Below, in pieces: positions 14,419-21,616 of a stretch of DNA of 31,067 nt. The notes below the pieces were generated by a model. The model did not search any database. It saw only the letters and a list, made by a program, of their open reading frames with translations, and was not told the origin of the DNA. The stretch lies in IMG/VR virus record IMGVR_UViG_3300020153_000005, positions 1 through 31,067 of that record; one strand, written 5' to 3'. The translations under genes were made by a program, and so were the position numbers. Within the stretch, counting starts at the first letter, position 1. Every line of letters starts with the position of its first letter. This DNA comes from a virus.

Positions 14419-15180
14419 ATGAAAATCAAGTCTTATATTGTCTGTTCTGACCATCACTGCCCTTTCCACAATAAGGCAGTTCATAAAGCTTTTCTGAAGT
14501 TTTTAAAAAACTTCAAGCCCGATGGTTTTGTTATTGCTGGTGATTTTGTTGATATGTATTCGATTTCAAGTCATATTTTAGGAGTTCGTGACCTAGAAAT
14601 GGCTGAAAGAAAAATACTAACTCTTCAAGATGAGTTTAGGGTTGCAAATGAAGTTCTTGATGATTATGATAAAGTTCTTCCTAAAAACTGCGAGAAATTT
14701 TTCTTAACCGGAAATCACGAGGATAGACTAGAAAGATTTCTTAATACTGATAAAAATGCGGTTTTGGAAGGACTTATTACTATTGATGGGATGCTTTATC
14801 TTAGGGATCGTGGATATAAATACATTAACGGCTATCCCAATAATTACATTAAGCTTGGGAAGTTAATTGTTACTCACGGTTCTTGGTCTCCAAAATACTC
14901 AGCTTCTAAACATCTTGATGAGTATAGGCATTCTGTAATGTATGGACACGTTCATTCTCCGCAACTCATCTATGCTGGTGGTTTAGATGTAAAACAGGTT
15001 TCTTATGGTCTAGGTCATATGGCTGATGTTAACTCAAAAGGAATGGCTTATGCTAAAAAAACAGCTCGCTGGGTTAATGGTTTCGCTATTGTTTATGTTG
15101 ATACTTCTAATGGTCATTTCTGGGTTGAACTTTTGAATTTCTGGAATAATCGTTTAATTTATAACAAAAAAATTTACTAA
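14419..15180 (+). CDS. Calcineurin-like metallophosphoesterase (paralogue 1).
   Basis: Motifs are in canonical order: SDHH, GDFVD, GNHEDR, THG, GHVH. The SD is AAAGGAGG. Confidence 0.75.
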   Translation: MKIKSYIVCSDHHCPFHNKAVHKAFLKFLKNFKPDGFVIAGDFVDMYSISSHILGVRDLEMAERKILTLQDEFRVANEVLDDYDKVLPKNCEKFFLTGNHEDRLERFLNTDKNAVLEGLITIDGMLYLRDRGYKYINGYPNNYIKLGKLIVTHGSWSPKYSASKHLDEYRHSVMYGHVHSPQLIYAGGLDVKQVSYGLGHMADVNSKGMAYAKKTARWVNGFAIVYVDTSNGHFWVELLNFWNNRLIYNKKIY

Positions 15181-15198
15181 AGAAAGGAGGATTAGAAA

Positions 15199-15420
15199 AT
15201 GAAACAGATAGTTCTTTTCCCGTGTTTGCATTGCACCTTGCTTTGCGGCGGTATTAGCCCAATCTATACTTCTCAATTCATTGTAGAAAAATCAAAAGAG
15301 AAATATGGTTGGGTATATCGCTTGAGATGCTTGATTTGCGGTAACTATAACACTTTTGTTTCCGCTCAAGACAATCATTTTGGCGAAGAAAACGGAGGAG
15401 TTAAAAATGAAGAAGAATAA
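15199..15420 (+). CDS. Zinc-ribbon protein (73 aa).
   Basis: The motif is CLHC...CLIC. The SD is AAAGGAGG at 7-nt spacing. Confidence 0.55.
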   Translation: MKQIVLFPCLHCTLLCGGISPIYTSQFIVEKSKEKYGWVYRLRCLICGNYNTFVSAQDNHFGEENGGVKNEEE

Positions 15421-15808
15421 AAAATTCAAGAAGTTTAAAAAACTCCGTTTTCGCAAAGCCAAAAAACCAGTGATAACAATCCATCATTTAACTCCCCGTT
15501 CAAGAGGAGGGGAAGAAAGCAAAAGCAATAAGAGCCTGCTAAAAGAAGATAAGCACCGAGCTTGGCATATCTTGTTTAAAAACAAAACCTTAGAAGAAAT
15601 AATTATTCTGCTAACAAGATTTGCTCTGATGAAAAAGAGGAGCATTCTGAACATAAAGCTTGAAAAAGCTTATTGTCCTTCTTGTAAGAAAGAAACTTAT
15701 TTTGTTCTTTCAAATCCTCAAGTATCTTTTAGCAGGTTCTATTCTACTCATTACGCTACTTGCCTTAATTGTGCTAATCAAAAAACAATTTTTAAAGAAA
15801 GGGGGTGA
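15407..15808 (+). CDS. HNH (His-Me finger) endonuclease with a C-terminal zinc ribbon.
   Basis: ATG 15407 follows GGAGGAG. IHHLTPRSRGGEESKSNKSLLKEDKHRAWH matches the HH..P...GG...N......H...H pattern. The C-terminus has CPSC...CLNC. Confidence 0.65.
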   Translation: MKKNKKFKKFKKLRFRKAKKPVITIHHLTPRSRGGEESKSNKSLLKEDKHRAWHILFKNKTLEEIIILLTRFALMKKRSILNIKLEKAYCPSCKKETYFVLSNPQVSFSRFYSTHYATCLNCANQKTIFKERG

Positions 15809-15813
15809 TAAAA

Positions 15814-16467
15814 ATGAAAGAACTAGTTTCAATCTTGATTTTTTTCTTTTTTGTTCTTTTGGTTTTTAGCTCAATTCCTTCATCAGTCTCTTCAGTTGCT
15901 GACAAGTTAATAAATCATTATGTCCTTATCTTAACCGAAAGAGCGATGGGAAGTGGTTTTAATCTTGGCAATGGTTATGTAATAACGGTTAAACACAATG
16001 TTGTTTCTGAAAATCAAGAAAATCCAGATTCTATGATTTTGGGAGTAGATAAAGAAAAAAGCAGTTTATACGATTTATTTTGGTTCAACGAGAATTTTGC
16101 TGTTTATAAAGACAAAATTGAAAAAGATAAATCGTTGCTATGGAACAATTTCGCTGAACCAAAATTAGGTGAATTTGTTTTCTTTATTGCTCCTTATAAC
16201 AAGGACGGAATTATTATAAATACGGTAAAGTTAGGATTGGTATCGTTTGTAGGCAGGGATTTTTTTTGGATTCAAGCTGAAGTTCTGCCCGGCACTTCAG
16301 GAACAGCTATTCTAGATAAAGATGGCAATCTTCTCGGTTTAATTGAAAGCTTATTTATTGCTTCATCTTTGGTAGAAGACAAACTAACTAAAGCAACTAA
16401 AGAGATTGATAACTTCTTTATAGAAGTAAAGAAACTTGACAAAGATATTTTAGCTAATCTAAAATAG
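15814..16467 (+). CDS. Signal-anchored trypsin-like (S1/DegP-type) serine protease.
   Basis: There is an N-terminal hydrophobic segment (ILIFFFFVLLVFSSIPSS). The His-region is GSGFNLGNGYVITVKHNV and the Ser-region is LPGTSGTAILDKDGNLLGL. GTG 15805 is an alternative start. Confidence 0.65.
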   Translation: MKELVSILIFFFFVLLVFSSIPSSVSSVADKLINHYVLILTERAMGSGFNLGNGYVITVKHNVVSENQENPDSMILGVDKEKSSLYDLFWFNENFAVYKDKIEKDKSLLWNNFAEPKLGEFVFFIAPYNKDGIIINTVKLGLVSFVGRDFFWIQAEVLPGTSGTAILDKDGNLLGLIESLFIASSLVEDKLTKATKEIDNFFIEVKKLDKDILANLK

Positions 16468-16471
16468 AATT

Positions 16472-16505
16472 ATCCCCAGCGCTAATCTAGCGTTGGGGAT
16501 TTTTT
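16472..16505 (+). terminator. Rho-independent terminator after the protease gene.
   Basis: A 12-bp stem, atccccagcgct (16472-16483) pairing with agcgttggggat (16489-16500), includes one G-U pair and has a 5-nt loop. A T5 run follows. Confidence 0.85.
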
Positions 16506-16506
16506 A

Positions 16507-16515
16507 TGATATAAT
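16507..16515 (+). promoter_or_regulatory. Extended -10 promoter (TGATATAAT) for the transglycosylase gene. The mRNA would be nearly leaderless.
   Basis: TG at 16507-16508 and TATAAT at 16510-16515. The ATG at 16525 is only 9 nt after the -10, and there is no SD. Confidence 0.5.
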
Positions 16516-16524
16516 TTATTCTAG

Positions 16525-17004
16525 ATGGATATTTTTCCATCAAAGAAAGCGCTAGTCATTTTGTCAGTAAGCGTGTTAATAATAACCCTAACTCTTTTAA
16601 CGAATGAAATTGAGCTGAAAGCAAATGATTACCCCGCTTTCTACATAAAGGATGAAAAGCTTGAATGGAAGTTATTTTTATATGAAGAAACTTTAAGACA
16701 AGGATTAAGTTATAAAGATTTTGTCCTTTTAAGAGAAATTGCCTATGCTGAAAGCGGATTTAATCATTTTAATAAAAATGGCGAAGTTTTAGTTGGAAAG
16801 AAAAATAATAAAGACATAGGGATTTTTCAAATAAATTCTTATTATCACGAAAAGAAAGCTAAAGAATTAGAATTGGACATTAGAAATCCTTATGGTAATA
16901 TAAAATATGCCGTCTTGCTGTATAAAGAACAAGGTTCTAAACCTTGGGGGTGGTCAAAAAAGAATTGGTATGCAAAGTATAATGCTTGGCTTAAAAGAAA
17001 TTAG
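16525..17004 (+). CDS. Membrane-anchored lytic transglycosylase (SLT/goose-lysozyme-like domain).
   Basis: It has an N-terminal TM segment (ALVILSVSVLIITLTLL), the catalytic motif IAYAESGFN, and DIGIFQINSYYH. Confidence 0.7.
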   Translation: MDIFPSKKALVILSVSVLIITLTLLTNEIELKANDYPAFYIKDEKLEWKLFLYEETLRQGLSYKDFVLLREIAYAESGFNHFNKNGEVLVGKKNNKDIGIFQINSYYHEKKAKELELDIRNPYGNIKYAVLLYKEQGSKPWGWSKKNWYAKYNAWLKRN

Positions 17005-17146
17005 ATGTTCAAAATGTAATAAAATTTTTTATCGCTTTAAAAACAACTGGAATATGCCCAATCCTGTTTGTTTTGAGTGTAAAAGAGAAAAAATGATAGA
17101 ATACAATAAACAATATCGTTTAAAAAAGAAAAATAAGAAATTATAA
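16982..17146 (+). CDS. Possible zinc-ribbon mini-protein (54 aa; start uncertain).
   Basis: MLGLKEIRCSKCNKIFYRFKNNWNMPNPVCFECKREK.... It overlaps the end of the SLT gene and has no clear SD. ATGs at 16970 and 16907 are alternative starts. Confidence 0.35.
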   Translation: MLGLKEIRCSKCNKIFYRFKNNWNMPNPVCFECKREKMIEYNKQYRLKKKNKKL

Positions 17147-17269
17147 TGCCTGTTTTTTAATTTATATTGCGTTTATAAAAGGTTTTAGGTATAAAAATGA
17201 TATAAACCACGCAAGAATAAAAAAACACGCTATAAAAGCCTTTTAAAGGGAAAAACGGGGATATTATTT

Positions 17270-17989
17270 TTATAAAATAATTAAATAAGGCATCCAGCCA
17301 AAATTCTGTTTTTCTATAATTAGAAATCCATTTTGCCAATTAAAAGTTCCGCTATAAAAAGGCGGCTTGCATAAACAAGGGCATTCTATCCCGAATCTTT
17401 TAAGACCGAATTCATCGGTGTCCCAAATAATTGCTCCCCGGTGGCAATGACTTTGAACTACATTGTTTGACTTTATTTTCTTTTGCATAATGTTTCTTAT
17501 CGTCATCCCCGCCGGGACAACCGAATTGCTAACCGTATCAAAATGACCAATCACAATATCGTCTATTTTTATAAAAGTATCAGTCCATTTAGAAGCCAAT
17601 TTTTTTGTTTCAATAAATTCAACATTTAGTTCATCAAGTCCTAAATCCCTTCTTAAATCAACATATTCATAAAGATGCGGGGCTAATCTTAACACATAAG
17701 AACGAAATCTAAATTCGTGATTACCTTCAATAAAAATTATTCTCGCTTCGGGGACAATTTTTCTTAAATCAGAAAAAAACTGCCAGCCTAAATTCAGCTG
17801 GTCAGTTAATTTTATTCTGTCTATTTCTGGAGAAATAACATATTTTGAAAGGGATGGAAAATCAAGCAAATCACCATTAACAACAACAATATCAGGTTGC
17901 GTTTGTTTGATGGTATCAAAACAAAAATTTAAATATTTATCTTCTTGAAAAGGAAAATGGATATCACCTAAAACAAAAATTTTTCTCAC
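17270..17989 (-). CDS. Calcineurin-like metallophosphoesterase (paralogue 2).
   Basis: GTG start. Motifs are GDIHFP, NGDLLDF, GNHEFR, GH and HCH. It is the last gene of the minus-strand late operon and is convergent with the plus-strand island. Confidence 0.7.
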   Translation of the reverse strand: MRKIFVLGDIHFPFQEDKYLNFCFDTIKQTQPDIVVVNGDLLDFPSLSKYVISPEIDRIKLTDQLNLGWQFFSDLRKIVPEARIIFIEGNHEFRFRSYVLRLAPHLYEYVDLRRDLGLDELNVEFIETKKLASKWTDTFIKIDDIVIGHFDTVSNSVVPAGMTIRNIMQKKIKSNNVVQSHCHRGAIIWDTDEFGLKRFGIECPCLCKPPFYSGTFNWQNGFLIIEKQNFGWMPYLIIL

Positions 17990-17991
17990 TT

Positions 17992-18222
17992 TTATTTTTT
18001 TATCTTAAAATAAATTTTTCTTATTAAACCAAACAAAGTTACAACCGCTGAAATCAACATTAAAATCGTTTCCGCAAGTTGAGTTATTTCATTTTCTGAA
18101 ATATCTATACCAAATAAACCAAAAACAAAACTGAAAAAACCAACGAGACCACCCAAAGATAATCCCTGTAAAGTTAAGGATAAACCTTTACCAGTTGAAC
18201 TAATATACCAATTTTTATTCAT
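17992..18222 (-). CDS. Holin-like membrane protein.
   Basis: 76 aa with two hydrophobic helices and a basic C-terminus (KIYFKIKK). It lies immediately downstream of the endolysin-like gene. Confidence 0.55.
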   Translation of the reverse strand: MNKNWYISSTGKGLSLTLQGLSLGGLVGFFSFVFGLFGIDISENEITQLAETILMLISAVVTLFGLIRKIYFKIKK

Positions 18223-18246
18223 TGTTTTATTTTTTATACACGACCT

Positions 18247-19314
18247 TTAATTTAAAAGTTTATTCATTGTTTCTATACTTTTTGGACCAAAAACTTTACC
18301 TTCTAAAGCATCAAGTTCTTCTTTAGAAGCTACATTGTATTTAACCTGCCAATTATAAACCGCTTTTGCTGTTAAACCAAAATAATTACCAGTGCTTTCT
18401 GCGTTAGCGGGAAAAGTTCCAAAGTATTTTAAGGCATCTTGTAAAATTTTAACTTCTGAATTATTTTTCATTCCAAAATAAAGCGTATTTTTAAATGTGT
18501 GTTTCGGTTTTTCGGATGTTTCCACCGCCGTGTAAACAAAGTTAATTGGATAAGCAGCAAAGAAGTTTCTCGCATTGTGAAAATCTTCGGTAATTATTCT
18601 CTGCCCGTTAAATGTGCTATTCAACCAAAAACTATCTTCGGCTATAAGACATTTCTTTCCATTTTTTATAGTAAAATCAACAATCGCAACCGAGTGTCTT
18701 CCTTGTGCTATTTGCGGTATGAGACCTAAATCTTTAATTATTGGCTCTGGACGGTTATATTCATCACTATTCCAAAAATACCAAGACATCACCGCTTTAC
18801 CCGTTTTTTGGATTACAGACGCTATAACATCAATGTTTCTGAAAGGAAGAATAACATAATTGCCAATTTTAAAAACTGACGCTATCTCTTTCTCATAATT
18901 TTTAACTTTATAATTATCAATCTCTTCATCTGATTTATTTTGAGAAGGGAAGAAAATTTCTAACAAAGCACCGTTCTTTCTTACAATCTCCCAAGCGTCA
19001 ACGCCAATCATTCCCGGATTAGGTTTATTCGCTCTCTGCTGATAAATATAACCCGCCGAAAAATCAACCCATTCTCCTTCATTAACTTGATGCATAACTC
19101 CTAATACTTTAGCTAAACTGGACGCTACACAATAATTACCATCTCCTTGATTAAAAACAGGAAATTTTCGCCATTCTTTTTTTTCTGTCCAGTTAACCTG
19201 CTCAACTCCCGAAACAACTTCCTCAAAAAGATAATCTTTTTGTTTCTTTTCTAATGGACGGTTATCTATTAAAGCACCAATAGATGGTTTTGTTTTCTTT
19301 TTTAAGAAAAACAT
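18247..19314 (-). CDS. Endolysin candidate: a papain-like cysteine peptidase domain plus a C-terminal PG_binding_1-type peptidoglycan-binding domain.
   Basis: NQGDGNYCVASS (Q...C), GRHSVAIVDF (His) and EDSFW resemble the papain-fold catalytic order. The C-terminus VKILQDALKYFG....GNYFGLTAKAVYNWQ matches the PG-binding repeat. Confidence 0.6.
   Translation of the reverse strand: MFFLKKKTKPSIGALIDNRPLEKKQKDYLFEEVVSGVEQVNWTEKKEWRKFPVFNQGDGNYCVASSLAKVLGVMHQVNEGEWVDFSAGYIYQQRANKPNPGMIGVDAWEIVRKNGALLEIFFPSQNKSDEEIDNYKVKNYEKEIASVFKIGNYVILPFRNIDVIASVIQKTGKAVMSWYFWNSDEYNRPEPIIKDLGLIPQIAQGRHSVAIVDFTIKNGKKCLIAEDSFWLNSTFNGQRIITEDFHNARNFFAAYPINFVYTAVETSEKPKHTFKNTLYFGMKNNSEVKILQDALKYFGTFPANAESTGNYFGLTAKAVYNWQVKYNVASKEELDALEGKVFGPKSIETMNKLLN
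18518..18537. repeat. 20-bp imperfect palindrome, copy 3 of 3 (GTTTCCACC-GC-CGTGTAAAC).
   Basis: It lies inside the endolysin CDS and matches copy 1 at 18 of 20 positions (21 of 23 when 18518-18540 is aligned with 8361-8383). Confidence 0.65.
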
Positions 19315-19315
19315 A

Positions 19316-19468
19316 TTATTTTTTTTCTTCCTCTTCTTCTTTAAGTTGTTCTTTAATCCAATTTCTAATTTCTATCACATTTTCAGCTAAAGCAGCAGGA
19401 AATTGAAGCTGCGATTCTTCGCTAAAAAGAGCATTTAAAATTTCAAGCGATTTTTTAGATAGTTTCAT
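19316..19468 (-). CDS. Hypothetical acidic mini-protein (50 aa).
   Basis: MKLSKKSLEILNALFSEESQLQFPAALAENVIEIRNWIKEQLKEEEEEKK. It fills the gap between 19455 and the endolysin start. Hand-translated. Confidence 0.4.
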   Translation of the reverse strand: MKLSKKSLEILNALFSEESQLQFPAALAENVIEIRNWIKEQLKEEEEEKK

Positions 19469-19853
19469 TTTTAAAATCTAAAGTTTTATACCTAACCTTT
19501 TCAAATTCTTCTTCTTCTTTTTGTTCTTTGACCTTTATTGTGTTTAATTTTTCCTTTACTTTTGATTCATTTATTTTGATTTTATTTAATTCTTCTTCTT
19601 TTACAACTTCTTTTCTTATTACATTTGTTTTTTCTTTTTCAAGTTTTTTTAATCCCTCAGCGACAACATTTTCTATTATATCTTGTATTTTGTTTTCATT
19701 TACAGATATTTCGTTTATTTCATCGTTTGTTAGCCAATATTCTTGAATAACAGAATTATCGCCATCTTTAACTAAAACAGCAACAAAAGCAGAAATAATC
19801 TTGTTATCACTATTTATATTTTTTTCATATCTAATTACTTTATATTCAAACAT
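19455..19853 (-). CDS. Hypothetical protein (132 aa) with a lysine/glutamate-rich C-terminal half.
   Basis: ATG-initiated ORF downstream of the collagen-like fibre gene. It could be a fibre accessory protein, by position only. Confidence 0.5.
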   Translation of the reverse strand: MFEYKVIRYEKNINSDNKIISAFVAVLVKDGDNSVIQEYWLTNDEINEISVNENKIQDIIENVVAEGLKKLEKEKTNVIRKEVVKEEELNKIKINESKVKEKLNTIKVKEQKEEEEFEKVRYKTLDFKNETI

Positions 19854-19907
19854 TTTTTTATAATACCATATTAATTGTTATAAATCAAACAATTTATTTT
19901 TTAATTA

Positions 19908-21437
19908 TTAAAAATTAGACAAACTCGCTTTTTTCCAACCAGCATTTGTTTTTACATATATATTATTATCGTCCCAAGCTATATTACCAACCTCACCATT
20001 TATATCATCTGTTCCACTTGGACTATAACTGGTTGATAATCTTAATTGACTATATCCGCTTGTTCCTTGAATATGCACATTTGAAGTTGGATTACTTGTT
20101 CCAAAACCAACCTTATCACCAAAATAACCTACTCCACCAATAGCATAAATTGAATAATAATTATCAGCGTAAGATGGTTTAGCTGGGACATACACGGCAT
20201 ACATATTATTTATCCTGCTACTTGGATTATTTAAATTAGAAAACAAATCTAACCATAAAGCAGCCCAATGCTGTATATTGCCTGGAGTATCATTACCAAT
20301 CTTAGCGATATCAACCCAAACATTAAAATTTGCAGCTCTTTCTACAGAAGAAGTTCCACCCCAAATATAAACACCACTATTAATACCATACAATCTTCTT
20401 AAAAAGGAAGTTCCTGTTCCTTTGTATTTTGCGTAAGTCAAAAATCCCATAACAGGCAACCAACTTGAAACTGTATTTGAGTTTCCATTAAAAATAGCTT
20501 GATGAAAACTACCGATGGCGGGAAATGTATTTACATTTTCTGTATTTTGCGTTATTTCAGTTAAGAATTGACCAGCTGCCCACCAATCCGTTCCATTTTG
20601 TTTTTTCTCTACCGTAAAGACCGTTGGATTTGCATCCGAAAAGTTAATTGAAACTCTACCATTAGAATCTACAAATAAACCAGCGGAGGTTGAATTTCCT
20701 CTCAATCTTGTAGTTCCACTTACCTCTAAATCTTCTTGGGGATTAGCTGTTTTAATCCCCACTCTTCCATTTGTTTTATCAATAAATAAAGTAGCGTTCC
20801 CGTCTATATTCCAATTATTAGTAATAGAAACAGAGCCGTCTTTTTTAAGAACATCGGCTTCATTTGCTTTTGAATTAAGAGCATCTTGAAGGTCAGTTTG
20901 TAAAGCTATGTTTCCACTTATTTGCCCCCATTGAGTAGCTGAACCAACATAAACTCTTCTTTCATTGTAAATAGCATATTCAGCTAATTTCTCTCTTAAA
21001 TCTTTAATAGCATCAATTGAAAGCCTATCTTTACCTTTTAAGGATTCTAATTTATCTCTTATCTGTTCAGGTGTATCTGGTGAACCAGGATCACCTTTAT
21101 CGCCTTTTTCTCCTTTAGGACCAGGGGGACCAGGAGGACCAGGTGGACCTGATGGACCTTGAGGACCTCTTTCTCCTTTTTCCCCTTTCTCACCTCTTTC
21201 TCCTTTTTCGCCTTTAGGACCAGGTGGACCAGGGGGTCCTTGTTCTCCTCTGTCTCCTTTATCACCCTTAATCCCAATTAAAGTTATGTTTTTTAAATTT
21301 TTAAGTAAATTTAATAAATCGGTATTTTTAGAAATAACCTTAAGTTCTTTGTTAACATCCTCAAGTTTTTCTACACCCTCATTTATTTGGTCTATAATAA
21401 TGTCCGTATTTACTTTAAGATTTTTTATTTCCTCCAT
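19908..21437 (-). CDS. Collagen-like tail fibre protein.
   Basis: It has an N-terminal coiled-coil-like region, then 22 uninterrupted G-X-Y triplets (aa 55-120, nt 21078-21275; [16 protein letters not shown]...), then a globular domain of about 390 aa. Confidence 0.75.
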   Translation of the reverse strand: MEEIKNLKVNTDIIIDQINEGVEKLEDVNKELKVISKNTDLLNLLKNLKNITLIGIKGDKGDRGEQGPPGPPGPKGEKGERGEKGEKGERGPQGPSGPPGPPGPPGPKGEKGDKGDPGSPDTPEQIRDKLESLKGKDRLSIDAIKDLREKLAEYAIYNERRVYVGSATQWGQISGNIALQTDLQDALNSKANEADVLKKDGSVSITNNWNIDGNATLFIDKTNGRVGIKTANPQEDLEVSGTTRLRGNSTSAGLFVDSNGRVSINFSDANPTVFTVEKKQNGTDWWAAGQFLTEITQNTENVNTFPAIGSFHQAIFNGNSNTVSSWLPVMGFLTYAKYKGTGTSFLRRLYGINSGVYIWGGTSSVERAANFNVWVDIAKIGNDTPGNIQHWAALWLDLFSNLNNPSSRINNMYAVYVPAKPSYADNYYSIYAIGGVGYFGDKVGFGTSNPTSNVHIQGTSGYSQLRLSTSYSPSGTDDINGEVGNIAWDDNNIYVKTNAGWKKASLSNF

Positions 21438-21448
21438 TTTTTTAAATT

Positions 21449-21616
21449 TTAATACTCGTTAAAATAAACATCAATATCTCCATAAGGATTTCCTCCCCCG
21501 CCACCATCTAAACCAAGCCAATCCCAGATAAGCATACCAATTAAAAGCAGGATAAAGAAAAATATAGCAGACTTAATACCGTATGGATCGTTTGAAAAAT
21601 CAAAAAAATTTTTCAT
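21449..21616 (-). CDS. Small membrane protein (55 aa).
   Basis: [55 protein letters not shown]. Its ATG overlaps the upstream TGA (ATGA). Hand-translated. Confidence 0.45.
   Translation of the reverse strand: MKNFFDFSNDPYGIKSAIFFFILLLIGMLIWDWLGLDGGGGGNPYGDIDVYFNEY

Noticed and set aside
17147-17269. An expected bidirectional terminator between the convergent plus-strand island and the minus-strand late operon.
   Set aside because: Only weak, interrupted pairings were found (gcgtttata...tataaac-cac-gc) and there is no adjacent U-run, so no terminator is called here.
17157-17339. 60-aa minus-strand ORF at the convergent junction.
   Set aside because: It overlaps the 3' end of the metallophosphoesterase gene in another frame, has low-complexity hydrophobic composition, and shows no initiation signal.
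21059-21277. 72-aa minus-strand ORF in an alternative frame within the collagen-like region.
   Set aside because: It is a frame-shifted reading of the G-X-Y-encoding repeats inside the 509-aa fibre gene. Low-complexity triplet DNA stays open in several frames.
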